Positions 37,621 to 49,285 of a stretch of 49,285 nucleotides of DNA are shown in pieces. Location of the stretch: positions 39,953,217 through 40,002,501 of the forward strand of contig NC_068991.1 in assembly GCF_001194135.2 (NCBI RefSeq), given 5' to 3'. Source of the DNA: Octopus bimaculoides. Lineage: Eukaryota. Position numbers and translations under genes: made by a program. A model generated the notes under the pieces. That model was not told the origin of the DNA. It ran no database searches and saw only the letters and a list, made by a program, of their open reading frames with translations. Positions within the stretch are counted from its first letter, which is position 1; every line of letters begins with the position of its first letter.

Positions 37621-38413
37621 TTTTGCAACAACTGGAAATTGAAACGGCGACAACTGTGTTACCCTGTTAGGAGCTTATTTGTCTCATGCTAAAAATCACT
37701 CACTTATATTCTTTTACTTGTTTCAGTCCTTTGACTGCAGCCATGCTGGGGCAACGTAAAGTGCTTCTTCTTTGTCTATTTCTTTTATTTATTTTTTAAT
37801 TTTTTACTCAGCACAACGATTCTATGCTTTTGAGAGATCAAATGGAAGGTTTGAGATTATTTGCCTTTTTCGCAACAATAACAGCAGCAGAATGTATTGA
37901 ATGGCTTCTTGCTGAAGGAATCGTGTTTGAGTCTAGTTCTACGACACTTGGCACTACAATTTCCAATATGTTAAAGAGAAGTTATTCCCAATAGAGTTAC
38001 GGTAATCTAGGGTCTAAAATCGGGAAAAAGACGAGGAAGATGACGGTTAGAGAGGCGAGTAAAGAGGGGTGCAGAACGAGAGAAAAGATAAAAACAGTGA
38101 AAGGAGGAACGATGAAGGAGCAGGGAGCGAATGACGGAGAGGAGGGAAGAATGAATGAAATAAAAGTAGTGAAGAATAGTAGTAGCAGAAAATAAAAGAA
38201 CGAGGTACGTGAATGAAGAAGAGCAACAAGAAGGCGGGGAATGTGAAAGAAGACGAAATAGAGATTAAAAAGTTGAGATGGATGACTAAGAAAAAAAGAA
38301 GAGAAGTGAGAGTGAGAATATAAAAGAACCTATAACCATAACACAAACATATACATACAAACATGCATGCATACATGTTCGTGTGTGTGTGTGTGTGTAT
38401 ATATTATACATCC

Positions 38414-38446
<33 letters not shown>

Positions 38447-38462
38447 AACACACACATATATA

Positions 38463-39735
38463 TTGGGTCATCCCATAAATAATGCGATTTTTTTTCAATT
38501 ATATGATCTAAAAGTTGGATAGGGACGGGATAAACTACCTGCATCACGTTGCTATAAAAGCAGGTAGTAATTTTACCTTGTACTTCTTCTTAGTGAAAGT
38601 TTTAAAGTGTGCAGTTCGATTTTAACAGTTAGTTTTTTTCAAAGCTATAATGGAAGTGACAAAGGAGCGTATTCGGCATATTCGGCATATTTTGCTTTAT
38701 GAGTTCAATAAAGGCAACAACGCAACGGAAAGTGCAAGGAATATTAATGCAGTATATGGGGATCGGACAACAAGCGTAAGCCAGCGTCAACGGTAGTTCC
38801 GGAAATTCCGAGCCGGAAACTACAGCCTAGAAGACGAGCATCGTCCTGGAAGGTCTGTACAGCTCGACGAGGACGTTCTGCAAACCCTGGTGGAACAAAA
38901 TCCTATTATAACTGTTGAGGAACTAGCAGAGAAGCTAGGATTTGGTCATTCAACCAGTCATCGGAAAAGTCAACAAATTCGATCAATAGGTTTCTCACAC
39001 ACATTCCGAGTCTAATCGCGCGCAGAGAGTGAATGTGTGCTCTTCTTTGCTGTCACGTCTCACGAATGAACCTTTTTTGGACTGAATAGTGACTGGCTAT
39101 GAGAAATGGGTTCTCTATAAAAATGTGATGCACCACAGTGGGTAGGAAAAGGTGAAACACCGGCACCCCAGGCTAAAGACGGTCTTCACCCACGTAAGGT
39201 TTTATCTGTTTGGTGGATATGAAAGGTTTAGTCTACTTTGAACTTTTAAACCCAAACCTAACGATAACAAAGGAGATCTAGTGCAAGCAGCCAGAGCGGC
39301 TTAAGTCAGTACAAGAAGAAAAATTACCATTTTTGGTTTTAAGATGATCGGTGTTTTTTCCATCAGGATAATGCTCGGTCAAATACAGCGAGGATGACAT
39401 TCCAAAGGCTGGAGCAGTTTGAATAGGAAACGATGCCCCACCCACCATATTCACCGGACATTGATCCATCTGGTTATCATTTAATGCGCAGTCTTCAAAA
39501 TCATTTGAACGGAAAAAATATGAATCTTGTAGACGAGTTCAGAACAGTTTTGGAGGAGTATTTTTCGTCACGGACAAGTGAATTTTGGAGGAAGGGCCTT
39601 GCAAGTCTACCAGATAGATGGAAGAGCATTGTAGAAAATGAAGGAGAGTATATTATACATTAAAAAAGAACTTTGTATATCTTAATTTTGAAAAATAAAA
39701 TTATAAAAAACCGCATTATTTATGAGATGACTCAA
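38463..39735 (+). mobile_element. Full-length mariner (DD34D) transposon, 1273 bp, TA target duplication
   Basis: TIR ttgggtcatcccataaataatgcgatttttt versus reverse complement of the right end ttgagtcatctcataaataatgcggtttttt; TA on both sides. Confidence 0.95.
38649..39663 (+). pseudogene. Mariner transposase pseudogene
   Basis: MEVTKERIRHI..LLYEFNKG, LEDEHRPGR, IVTGYEKW, HQDNAR, HPPYSPDIDPSGYHL; multiple stops and frameshifts; two catalytic D mutated. Confidence 0.93.
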
Positions 39736-39952
39736 TATATATATTCATGGACATGCACACACATACACATACAAATACATTCATACATACACATATATGT
39801 AGTGAGTGTGTGTTAAAGTACCCAGTTAATTGAGGGTCGGTTCTTCGCTCTTTCTCTTTCTTTCTTTCTTTCTCTCTCTGTCTCTTTTCTCTGTCATTGT
39901 TTGGGATTTTGTCTGTCTGTCTATCTATCTATTTTCTCTCTCTCTCCTTCTC

Positions 39953-39985
<33 letters not shown>

Positions 39986-40436
39986 TTATCTATCTATCGA
40001 TCTATCGATCTATCGAATTTTTCTCTTTCCTTCTTTCCGAATGACTGCTGTGAGAGGTTTCGTAGGAGTCCAGCGACCACTAACGGCGCCTATATCTCCT
40101 TATATGAAAAAAGCTTGAGCGAGAGGTGACTAGCAACATCGTCTCATAGGAAAAAAAAAGAAAAGAAAACCGAACTACCACTACGGTAATGAAACCGCCC
40201 AAGAACGAACCAATGGTCAGTGCAGCAGGAATACAAATAATGTCTCAAAGTTCTATATTAAAACGCATCATAATTACATAGCACCAGGTCATTCACCTGA
40301 GGCTAAATAACGGTAAAAAAACGATGATAAAAGAGAACTACTACAGTTGATGTTTTACTGCCAATAGTGATGATGCTGTTAGTACTGTTGCAAGTGCTGC
40401 TGTTAGAGCTACTGCTGCTGCTGCTGCTGCACTTAC

Positions 40437-40609
40437 CTGTTCCTGGCGCTGCTACCTTTGCTTCTTCGAATGTCAAACGGAAAGTCTGTGCATCGCGATT
40501 CAGGCAAGCGATTTCACGTGACCCGAACAACGTGCGAGAAACTATGGAGGATGCAACCATACGAGTTCCAGAGATGCGCATCACTGCGCTCTCTGTGGTG
40601 GTTTGTTGG
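40437..40609 (-). CDS. Candidate coding exon of an unidentified host gene (QQTTTESAVMRISGTRMVASSIVSRTLFGSREIACLNRDAQTFRLTFEEAKVAAPGT)
   Basis: Perfect donor CAG|GTAAGT at 40437/40436; acceptor after a poly-T tract at 40610-40611; 173 nt, 57 open codons; GC-richer than the flanks; no TE motifs recognised. Confidence 0.45.
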
Positions 40610-41180
40610 CTATTTTGGAATTATTTAGATAAAAAAAAAAAGTCTTTTTTAAAAATTAAATAGAAGCAAAACAGCGATTCCTGTTTTCTAGGAATCGATA
40701 AATGAAATAAAACGGAATTCTCATCTATTTCCAAACCGATGTTTTACAATGCTCAGTTCAAAATACAAAAACAATAATCTATCTATCTATCTATCGATGA
40801 CTGACTCCATGTATGTATATATGTGTATATACATATATAAACACTTATATATTTGTGCGTGTACANNNNNNNNNNNNNNNNNNNNNNNNNNNNNNNNNNN
40901 NNNNNNNNNNNNNNNNNNNNNNNNNNNNNNNNNNNNNNNNNNNNNNNNNNNNNNNNNNNNNNNNNNNNNNNNNNNNNNNNNNNNNNNNNNNNNNNNNNNN
41001 NNNNNNNNNNNNNNNNNNNNNNNNNNNNNNNNNNNNNNNNNNNNNNNNNNNNNNNNNNNNNNNNNNNNNNNNNNNGCATTATGTGTTCTTGTCTGTGTAC
41101 ATATACACTCTGTGTGAAAATTCATTCATGTATGGACCCATAATGTCAATCCTATGATCTTGTGATTGCGCATACGCGCA

Positions 41181-41233
<53 letters not shown>

Positions 41234-41451
41234 TCACATACACATACACACTCTCTCTCTCTCTCACACGCATACTCATACACGCGAACAAACAAACAAA
41301 CCCACCCACCCAGATGCACACACGTATTTGCTTTTTACAACTGATACATGAATCATTGCAACTACTGACACATTATTCGTTCTAACTTTAATCATAATAA
41401 TCCTATCTCGTTGAACCATAACGTCTGAAGGTTTTTTTAGAGGAGGGGGAA

Positions 41452-41575
41452 GACGATTACATCGAATCTAGTGCTGAATTGGTACTTACTTTATCGACCC
41501 CGGAAGGATGAAAGGCAAAGTCGACCTCGACGGAATTTGAACTCAGATCGTAAAGACGGTTGAAATCCTGCAAAG
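41452..41575 (-). mobile_element. SINE family A fragment
   Basis: ggtacttactttatcgaccccggaaggatgaaaggcaaagtcgacctcgacggaatttgaactcag. Confidence 0.85.
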
Positions 41576-41654
41576 CAATGAGGTTTGAATAATTCCCCTC
41601 TGGTAACATGAGTGTTTTGTTCATCATCTTTAAACAAACTTTATTCATAGATCG

Positions 41655-41795
41655 TCTGAGTGGGATGGGCATATGAGATTACCATGTAACGTACATATCG
41701 TTGTGATGCATGTGCCTGGTGTACCCTTATATGACGGGTATATTTGTACCCCACTGTCTGGCATGCATCTGATGGCATAAATTGCTTTGTCACTC
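41655..41795 (+). mobile_element. 3' fragment of repeat X, ending at (AAT)n
   Basis: gttgtgatgcatgtgcctggtgtacccttat...gtcactc aataataat matches about 36690-36811. Confidence 0.7.
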
Positions 41796-41828
<33 letters not shown>

Positions 41829-41922
41829 AAGAAGAAAAAGAAGAAGGAGGAGGAAGAAGAAGAAGAAGAAGAAGAAGAAGAAGAAGAAGAAGAAGAAGAA
41901 GAAGAAGAAGAAGAAGAAGAAA
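41796..41922. repeat. (AAT)n followed by (GAA)n
   Basis: Read directly. Confidence 0.97.
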
Positions 41923-42510
41923 GAGTTGGGACCTATACGCACAGGAAGCTATGCCAACACTATATAATGATAACAAAAAAAGATAGCATAGGCACACCCC
42001 AGAAAAGGTCACAGACGATGAGAAAGCCACCATACTCTGGGATATGCCAAAACACACAGATAGAGAACCAAGGCTAATAGACCGGATATAGTTGTCAGAG
42101 TTTACCAAGAAAAAAGATGCCTTATAATCGATGTACCAATACCAACAGATGACAACGTTGCTCAAAAAATACAGAGTAACTTTCAAAATACAAGGATCTG
42201 GAAATAGAGGTAACTTGAATGTGGAGCCTAAAACAGAAACAATTCTTATAATATTAGGCGTATTATGTATGATAAAAAAAAACATTCAGACAAATGCACA
42301 ATCAAAACACCAGGACTAACAAGTGTATATAACATACATGAAATAGTACTACTATGCACCGCACACATCCTACGTAAAATAATTTCAATACAATGAAAAT
42401 AAGAACACCACAACAAGCCACAACATGTACCCAAGGCACACAGAACTGCGCTCGGTAGTACAGTGAAAGAACATGATAAAAATAATACTACAAAATAATA
42501 ATAACAATAA
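41921..42510 (+). mobile_element. 5'-truncated Dong/R4-type LINE, family A (restriction-like endonuclease domain, 3' UTR, AAT tail)
   Basis: Across frameshifts: RVGTYTHRKLCQHY, ATILWDMP, NRPDIVVR..EKRCLIIDVPIP, LSKYKDLEIEV, TETI.IILG, CTAHILRKIISIQ*. Confidence 0.88.
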
Positions 42511-42512
42511 TT

Positions 42513-43040
42513 CTTTATTGGTCACATGAGTAGTGAAAAAATAATTTAGGATGATAGAAAGGCAAATGACAGTGAAGACTTACATAGAACCGAGTAAGCA
42601 TTTTAAAGAACAATCACAATTCATTAAAAAATTCTAACAAATTCCCTGAGAAGGCGATAGGCCACTCAGGAGAAGCAAGGAAACCTACAAAAACCTAAAC
42701 CATCCTACTTGCCAAGGGTATCATGGCATGTGCCCCTCTCTCCTCCCTACTCCTCAGCCTACAGGCGCCAGCTTAAAGTAGGCCTACTTACTCAGGCAAT
42801 TCCGAAGACCAGATGAGTTGCTCATCTTTCGAAGCCTACTGTTATCATGATTGTGCTCTTCGTTCAGAGCGGGGTTGCCTTTTTCAAATTGATTATGTCA
42901 TTTTTTATAGTTTTTTTCTTATTTACATGGTTGTCCCTCTTCCTCGCAAGGTAATATTTTCAGGGGGTAAAGATCTAGTACAGGTGGTAATAGAGTTCTG
43001 CTTTCTTGTGTGTCCATGTGTGTATTTATGTTTGAAAGAC

Positions 43041-43074
<34 letters not shown>

Positions 43075-44100
43075 ATAAAGAGGGAGTTAAGCTGAAGAAT
43101 TTCATCGGCGGTGTTTTGGTTCTGTTGTAGGTGTCGTTGTTGTTGCTAATCTTGCTGCTGCTACTGTTGTTGGCGTTGTTGTTGCAGGTGCTGCTGCTGT
43201 TGTTGTTGTTGTTGGAGTAGGAGCGTCTACAGTAGTGGGGACCTCCTCTCTTCCCTTTGAACACAGAAAGCTCTGAAGTAACCTTCCGTACCATATCTTG
43301 GCCTTCTTCTCTCGATCGCACTACGCAACTCCAATCCATAGACATATGGATAAGACTTGGGATCTTTTGCACATATCCCGGTTTGATCTGGAGAAGGATC
43401 TCAACAGTGATCCCAGCCCAAACTCCTCCGTTATTTTCATGTCGAGGAGGGTGTCACTGCCCTCCAAAATGATACAGACTGACAACCATCAGATGCCTAA
43501 ACCAGGTATAAGAGCTATGGAGTGCTTCAGCTCAAGTTTCGTTCTTGAAAAGGACATCCACCTTCCCGAATTGCCTTTCCCCGGTTCCATATTTTCTTTT
43601 TCGTTTAGGACTCTTTCCTCTTGAAATTATGTCGCTACTTCTGGGCGTCGAGCATTAGCCAACACACAGTGACATATCCCGTCTTCTGGGCTATTGCTGC
43701 CAAAACGCTGACTGGGATAGCAATCTGTGCTCTTCTCTCACTGACTTTCACAAGTTGTTTCACCTGTGTTGGACATGCCTCTTTGTTGTTTAGGGAAAAC
43801 GTAAAGTATTGCGTTGATTTCGCCGCCATCCCCGCAGAAGATTGCCTGCCTGTGGAGTCGCTCCCAATAGTTAATCTGTCGTTATTCTCAATTTTGCTAT
43901 TGATGTTATTCTTGAGGTCATTGTTACTGTGGCTGATGCTGATGCAACTGTTGTTACTATTGCTGTCAATTTTCATGTTGCTATTGATGTCCTAGAAGCT
44001 TGTGTTGTTAAAAACTTCCTTACCATTGTTATTACTATTACTGCCAATGTTATTGCTGCTATTGTTGTTACTGTTGTGTATACTATTCCATGAACCTGAT
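42513..44100 (-). mobile_element. Degraded L1/Tx1-like non-LTR element with ORF1 only (HAL1-like)
   Basis: Cross-frame ORF1-like peptides QFGKVDVLFKNE, GVWAGITVEILLQIKP..IPSLI, LELRSAIERRRPR..GTEGYFRAFC (degenerate knuckle); minus strand ends in AATAAA at about 42520; no RT/EN motif seen. Confidence 0.5.
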
Positions 44101-44261
44101 ATGAGATTTTCCCGATACCTTCTCACAGAATTCGTCAGCTAAAACGTCTCAATTCTAATGAGAAAAACGCAGGCGAAAGTAAATAGATATTACAACAATT
44201 GTGTCTTTCAGGGCACAATTTGGAAGTCCACATTTTAATCATTCTGTTAAGGGTCATTATT

Positions 44262-44664
44262 TAATCTTTTCTCCTATAGACACAAGGTTCAAAATTTGAG
44301 GGATTGAGCTAGTCGATTACATTGACCCCAGTGCACAACTAGTACGTATTTTATCGACTTCGAAAGCAAAGTCGACCTCACCGGTATTTGAACTTGGAAG
44401 GTAAAGACGGACGAAATGCTGCTAAGCGTTTTGGCCGGCGAACTAACGATTCTTTTCTACTCTAGGCACAAGGCCCGAAATTTTTGGGGTGGGGGGCCAG
44501 TCGATTAGATCGACTCCAGTACGCAACTGGTACTTAATTTATCAACCCCGAAAGAATGAAAGGCAAAGTCGACCTCGGCGGAATTTGAACTCAGAACATA
44601 CAGACGAAATACTGCTAAGCATTTCACCCGGCGTGCCAACGTTTCTGCCAGCTCGCCACCTTAC
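44262..44664 (-). mobile_element. Two nested/adjacent SINE A copies (about 44262-44451 and 44452-44664)
   Basis: Two successive gcaaagtcgacctc...tttgaac...ctaagc blocks; the second retains the gccagctcgcc head. Confidence 0.88.
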
Positions 44665-45145
44665 AAGAGAGAAATATTACAACACTGTACGTGTTAGCAC
44701 GCTTTACTATAAATACATATTTTTTACCATATCTCTATTGAAATACATTACTATCGTTTTAGTTAATTTTAAAGATAAGAAAAACTTAGTAAAATAACTG
44801 TCAAAATGAACGTAGCGTTTGGAACATAAATTCAGCATAAAATTAGGTTTCAAATTAGATCACTTTTAAACTGGAAGTATGAATTGAAGCCTAGGGTCTG
44901 TCTCGGTTGGGTGGTATGAAAAGGGTTGGCAGAGTCAATTATATTCATCTTCTGTCAGTGTCGACATTAGTGTTCTTATTATTGTGTTAATGATAATGGC
45001 GAACTGGAAGGTCTTGTGGTACGCGTTTCGATGCTTTACGTTCACAACTCGCATCCCGCTGAGATAAACTTTAGTCAGACATATGCACATAAATGTTTTT
45101 ATTTGCATATATATATATTGTTGAAAAAAGATTAGAGATCTATAC

Positions 45146-45178
<33 letters not shown>

Positions 45179-45267
45179 NNNNNNNNNNNNNNNNNNNNNN
45201 NNNNNNNNNNNNNNNNNNNNNNNNNNNNNNNNNNNNNNNNNNNNNNNNNNNNNNNNNNNNNNNNNNN

Positions 45268-45470
45268 TTACTCTTTTACTTGTTTCAGTCTTTTTGACTG
45301 TGGCCATGCTGGAGCACCGCCTTTAGTCGAGAAAATCGAACCCAGGACTTATTCTTTGGAAGCCTAGTACTTATTCTATCGGTCTCTTTTGCCGAACCAC
45401 TAAGTTACGAGGACGTAAACACACCAACATCGGTTGTCAAGCGATGTTGGGGGGACAAATACAGACACAC
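45268..45470 (-). mobile_element. SINE family B 3' half
   Basis: tttacttgtttcagtc...gccatgctggagcaccgcc...ggggacaaatacagacac. Confidence 0.9.
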
Positions 45471-45478
45471 AAACACAT

Positions 45479-45534
<56 letters not shown>

Positions 45535-45925
45535 AACAAGATTCGGTTGAATAAGATACTTTAAGCTGAAGCACCTAGTTAGCTCCGAATAAAATGCACA
45601 CACAACACTTTTTAGATGAATACCAACCTTGATACAGAAGTACTGGCTGAATGACATTCGGGTAATGTATGCAGTTAATTTGACCCAACTGAGTTCATAA
45701 TCCTCTCTTGAGCTATTGAAACATGTACATTTTATTAAATATAGTCCATATGAATTGGCACCTTCCCTTTTATTGTTATATATGTGTGTGTGTGTGTGTA
45801 TGTATATGTATATATATAGAGAGAGGGGGAGGGAGAGAGAGACAGACAGACAGACAGGCAGGTATATATATTTATATATATATATATATATATATTGATA
45901 GAGAGAAAAATAGATCGATAGATAA

Positions 45926-45958
<33 letters not shown>

Positions 45959-46228
45959 CAGATAGATAGATATGCATATAGTCAAACATATGCATATAAT
46001 TGCTCTAAACAAACATACGTGTATATTTGTGCATATCTGAGCATATGTATGTATATATCTATATACACATGTTTAAGGAAAGGTATAATAAAAGGAGTAA
46101 GCAATTATCTTATGAGCCTCATTAGCTTACAGCTGTTTCTACAATGCGGTGGACTCATAGTTGAGCATCTGAGGAACATGTATATGCATACATATATAAA
46201 CATATTTATGCATCCATGCACACACACG

Positions 46229-46294
<66 letters not shown>

Positions 46295-46700
46295 NNNNNN
46301 NNNNNNNNNNNNNNNNNNNNNNNNNNNNNNNNNNNNNNNNNNNNNNNNNNNNNNNNNNNNNNNNNNNNNNNNNNNNNNNNNNNNNNNNNNNNNNNNNNNN
46401 NNNNNNNNNNNNNNNNNNNNNNNNNNNNNNNNNNNNNNNNNNNNNNNNNNNNNNNNNNNNNNNNNNNNNNNNNNNNNNNNNNNNNNNNNNNNNNNNNNNN
46501 NNNNNNNNNNNNNNNNNNNNNNNNNNNNNNNNNNNNNNNNNNNNNNNNNNNNNNNNNNNNNNNNNNNNNNNNNNNNNNNNNNNNNNNNNNNNNNNNNNNN
46601 NNNNNNNNNNNNNNNNNNNNNNNNNNNNNNNNNNNNNNNNNNNNNNNNNNNNNNNNNNNNNNNNNNNNNNNNNNNNNNNNNNNNNNNNNNNNNNNNNNNN

Positions 46701-46738
<38 letters not shown>

Positions 46739-46765
46739 CATATATACACATATACATATGTGTAT

Positions 46766-46811
<46 letters not shown>

Positions 46812-47433
46812 CATATATACATATATATATACATACATATACTCTGATTTACATATATACGTGTGTGTGAATGTGAATGTGAGTGTGTTTGTGAGTGTGT
46901 GTGTTTGTGTGAGTGGGAGTGTGTATATATGTATATGTGTGTATACATACATAAATATATATTTGTGTGTATGCGTGTGAAGGTGTGAATCGTGTTTACG
47001 TTTGTACACGATGTGTGTAAGTATGATCTGCACATCTATACCACCATTTACAGAAAAATACACACCTACATACAGACGAATCTCGTCAGCACATACAGGT
47101 ACGTAGAGAAAGAAAGACTAGGGTTGTATCAGAAGAGGTGTGTTTTTTTTTATCCGAGGTAATTCCCCATCTTAATATCATCGATGATTATAAGAACATC
47201 TCCCTGCAGCCGCTCACATTCACTGTATTACTCCTACTACAACTACCTCTAGCACTGTTAATGCTCCTCACTTCAACCCCCCTCTCTCTCTCTCTGTCTC
47301 TAGATATCATGATATCTGATCCAACTCAATCCTTATCTCCAACATTTAATACACACATGCACGTGTGGATGCATTTATACTTATATGTATATAGATACAC
47401 ACAAATACAAACCTACAAATATATGTGTTTGTG

Positions 47434-47483
<50 letters not shown>

Positions 47484-47749
47484 TCTCTCTCTCTCACTCT
47501 CTCCCTCATTCTATACACTCACACACACACACACAGACAATGTACTTTTGCGTTTTAGAAGAGGCAAACGTACTCAATAGAAAAATAGTAGGATGAAAGG
47601 CATTTTTTGATAGTGCTCAGATTACTAGCTGTTACTCTTAAGAGATGTACCGGGGATAAAATTACGTTGTCAGCATCTCTCATGAAACTAGGATTGACGC
47701 TAATGACGTAATTACTCTATGTATGTATGTATGTATGTATGTATGTATG

Positions 47750-47788
<39 letters not shown>

Positions 47789-47834
47789 TTCAGCACACAC
47801 AAACACACAGACACACACAAACACACAGACACAC

Positions 47835-48235
47835 ACATATCATGTGATCACGTGACTGACCAGACTATCAGATGCTCTTATACATCGCTCGTCACAATGC
47901 TTTTTGCATCGTTTTAGCCTTCGAATGACGCAGCCCCATTTGCTAGGCGAGCAGGCCAACATCCTCCACTGATCGAAACGGGGACTAGAACATCGAGAAT
48001 TCAAGTGTTTTGCTCAAGAACTCAACGCAACGCGCCGCCTGGTTTGGGAATCGAACCCACAATCAAGCGACCGTGTGTTCGACAGCCTACCGCTAGGTTT
48101 CAACCATCATATATGTATATATATACTTACAAGTACTACTCATTTTTGCCAGCTGAGTGGACTGGTGCACCGTGAAATAAAGTGTTTTGCTCAAGGGTAC
48201 AACGCGCAGCCAAGAATCGAACTCGCGACCCCACT
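47835..48235 (-). mobile_element. Two further CORE-type SINE fragments
   Basis: gtgttttgctcaag...gggaatcgaaccc and ccagctgagtggactgg...gtgttttgctcaagg...gaatcgaactcgcgacc (reverse tRNA B-box motifs). Confidence 0.6.
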
Positions 48236-48247
48236 GCCTATGTGTGT

Positions 48248-48294
<47 letters not shown>

Positions 48295-49205
48295 NNNNNN
48301 NNNNNNNNNNNNNNNNNNNNNNNNNNNNNNNNNNNNNNNNNNNNNNNNNNNNNNNNNNNNNNNNNNNNNNNNNNNNNNNNNNNNNNNNNNNNNNNNNNNN
48401 NNNNNNNNNNNNNNNNNNNNNNNNNNNNNNNNNNNNNNNNNNNNNNNNNNNNNNNNNNNNNNNNNNNNNNNNNNNNNNNNNNNNNNNNNNNNNNNNNNNN
48501 NNNNNNNNNNNNNNNNNNNNNNNNNNNNNNNNNNNNNNNNNNNNNNNNNNNNNNNNNNNNNNNNNNNNNNNNNNNNNNNNNNNNNNNNNNNNNNNNNNNN
48601 NNNNNNNNNNNNNNNNNNNNNNNNNNNNNNNNNNNNNNNNNNNNNNNNNNNNNNNNNNNNNNNNNNNNNNNNNNNNNNNNNNNNNNNNNNNNNNNNNNNN
48701 NNNNNNNNNNNNNNNNNNNNNNNNNNNNNNNNNNNNNNNNNNNNNNNNNNNNNNNNNNNNNNNNNNNNNNNNNNNNNNNNNNNNNNNNNNNNNNNNNNNN
48801 NNNNNNNNNNNNNNNNNNNNNNNNNNNNNNNNNNNNNNNNNNNNNNNNNNNNNNNNNNNNNNNNNNNNNNNNNNNNNNNNNNNNNNNNNNNNNNNNNNNN
48901 NNNNNNNNNNNNNNNNNNNNNNNNNNNNNNNNNNNNNNNNNNNNNNNNNNNNNNNNNNNTATATATATATATATATATTGTTATATGTATGCATGTTTGT
49001 ATGTATATCTGTATGTGCATGCATAGCACCTTGGGTGAGTTTCTTGTACTGTAGCCTCGGGCCGACCAAAACCTTGTAAGAGGTTTGAAAGAAACCCGTC
49101 GTTTAATAACTAAAACAAATAAAAGATAGATAAGAGATATAAACACACACGCACACACACACATATGTATATACATATATACGTACATATTCATACATGA
49201 ATATA

Positions 49206-49285
<80 letters not shown>

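Larger units (their letters stand above)
1688..48959. other. Eleven assembly gaps (about 1688-2144, 5871-6181, 7551-7625, 10438-11092, 14538-15017, 21050-21651, 25010-25520, 40866-41075, 45179-45267, 46295-46700, 48295-48959)
   Basis: Runs of n, almost all abutting microsatellites; exons could be hidden in them. Confidence 0.97.

Noticed and set aside
6582-37990. Plus-strand exon candidates near 6582, 8395, 15100, 17775 and 37887
   Set aside because: Plausible AG/GT pairs but unrecognisable peptides and no consistent chain; expected by chance.
40367-40663. Plus-strand ORF resembling a secreted peptide precursor
   Set aside because: The signal-like stretch is a (CTG)n repeat; the perfect donor lies on the opposite strand.
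44695-44930. piggyBac-like MITE ending in aagggtt
   Set aside because: Left end too degraded and no TTAA TSD visible.
1607-49194. Numerous long ORFs containing X runs or CV/HT/YI/LS dipeptide repeats
   Set aside because: Produced by N gaps and di-/tetranucleotide microsatellites.

Overview
AT-rich, microsatellite-dense eukaryotic genomic DNA with 11 assembly gaps (N runs). The SINE families, recognised from memory rather than a database search, point to a coleoid cephalopod, most likely Octopus. No intact protein-coding gene, true tRNA/rRNA or CRISPR array is supportable, and nearly all long ORFs in the track are microsatellite or N-gap artefacts. The window is mostly layered transposon relics: two abundant tRNA-derived SINE families and minor SINEs, a full-length long-TIR Tc1 (DD34E, 22662-24772), a full-length mariner (DD34D, 38463-39735), hAT derivatives, a Penelope-like RT element, several Dong/R4-type LINE fragments at (AAT)n arrays, a CR1-like 3' end and an apparently ORF1-only L1/Tx1-like element. 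A few minus-strand exon candidates (40437-40609, 3560-3654, 300-396) suggest the window may lie within introns of an unidentified minus-strand gene. The most unusual structure is a series of local inverted duplications of different ages, including a perfect 146-bp palindrome and a 149-bp inverted templated insertion in the Tc1 TIR. I cannot claim a new biological system from sequence alone; the best leads are listed as findings.
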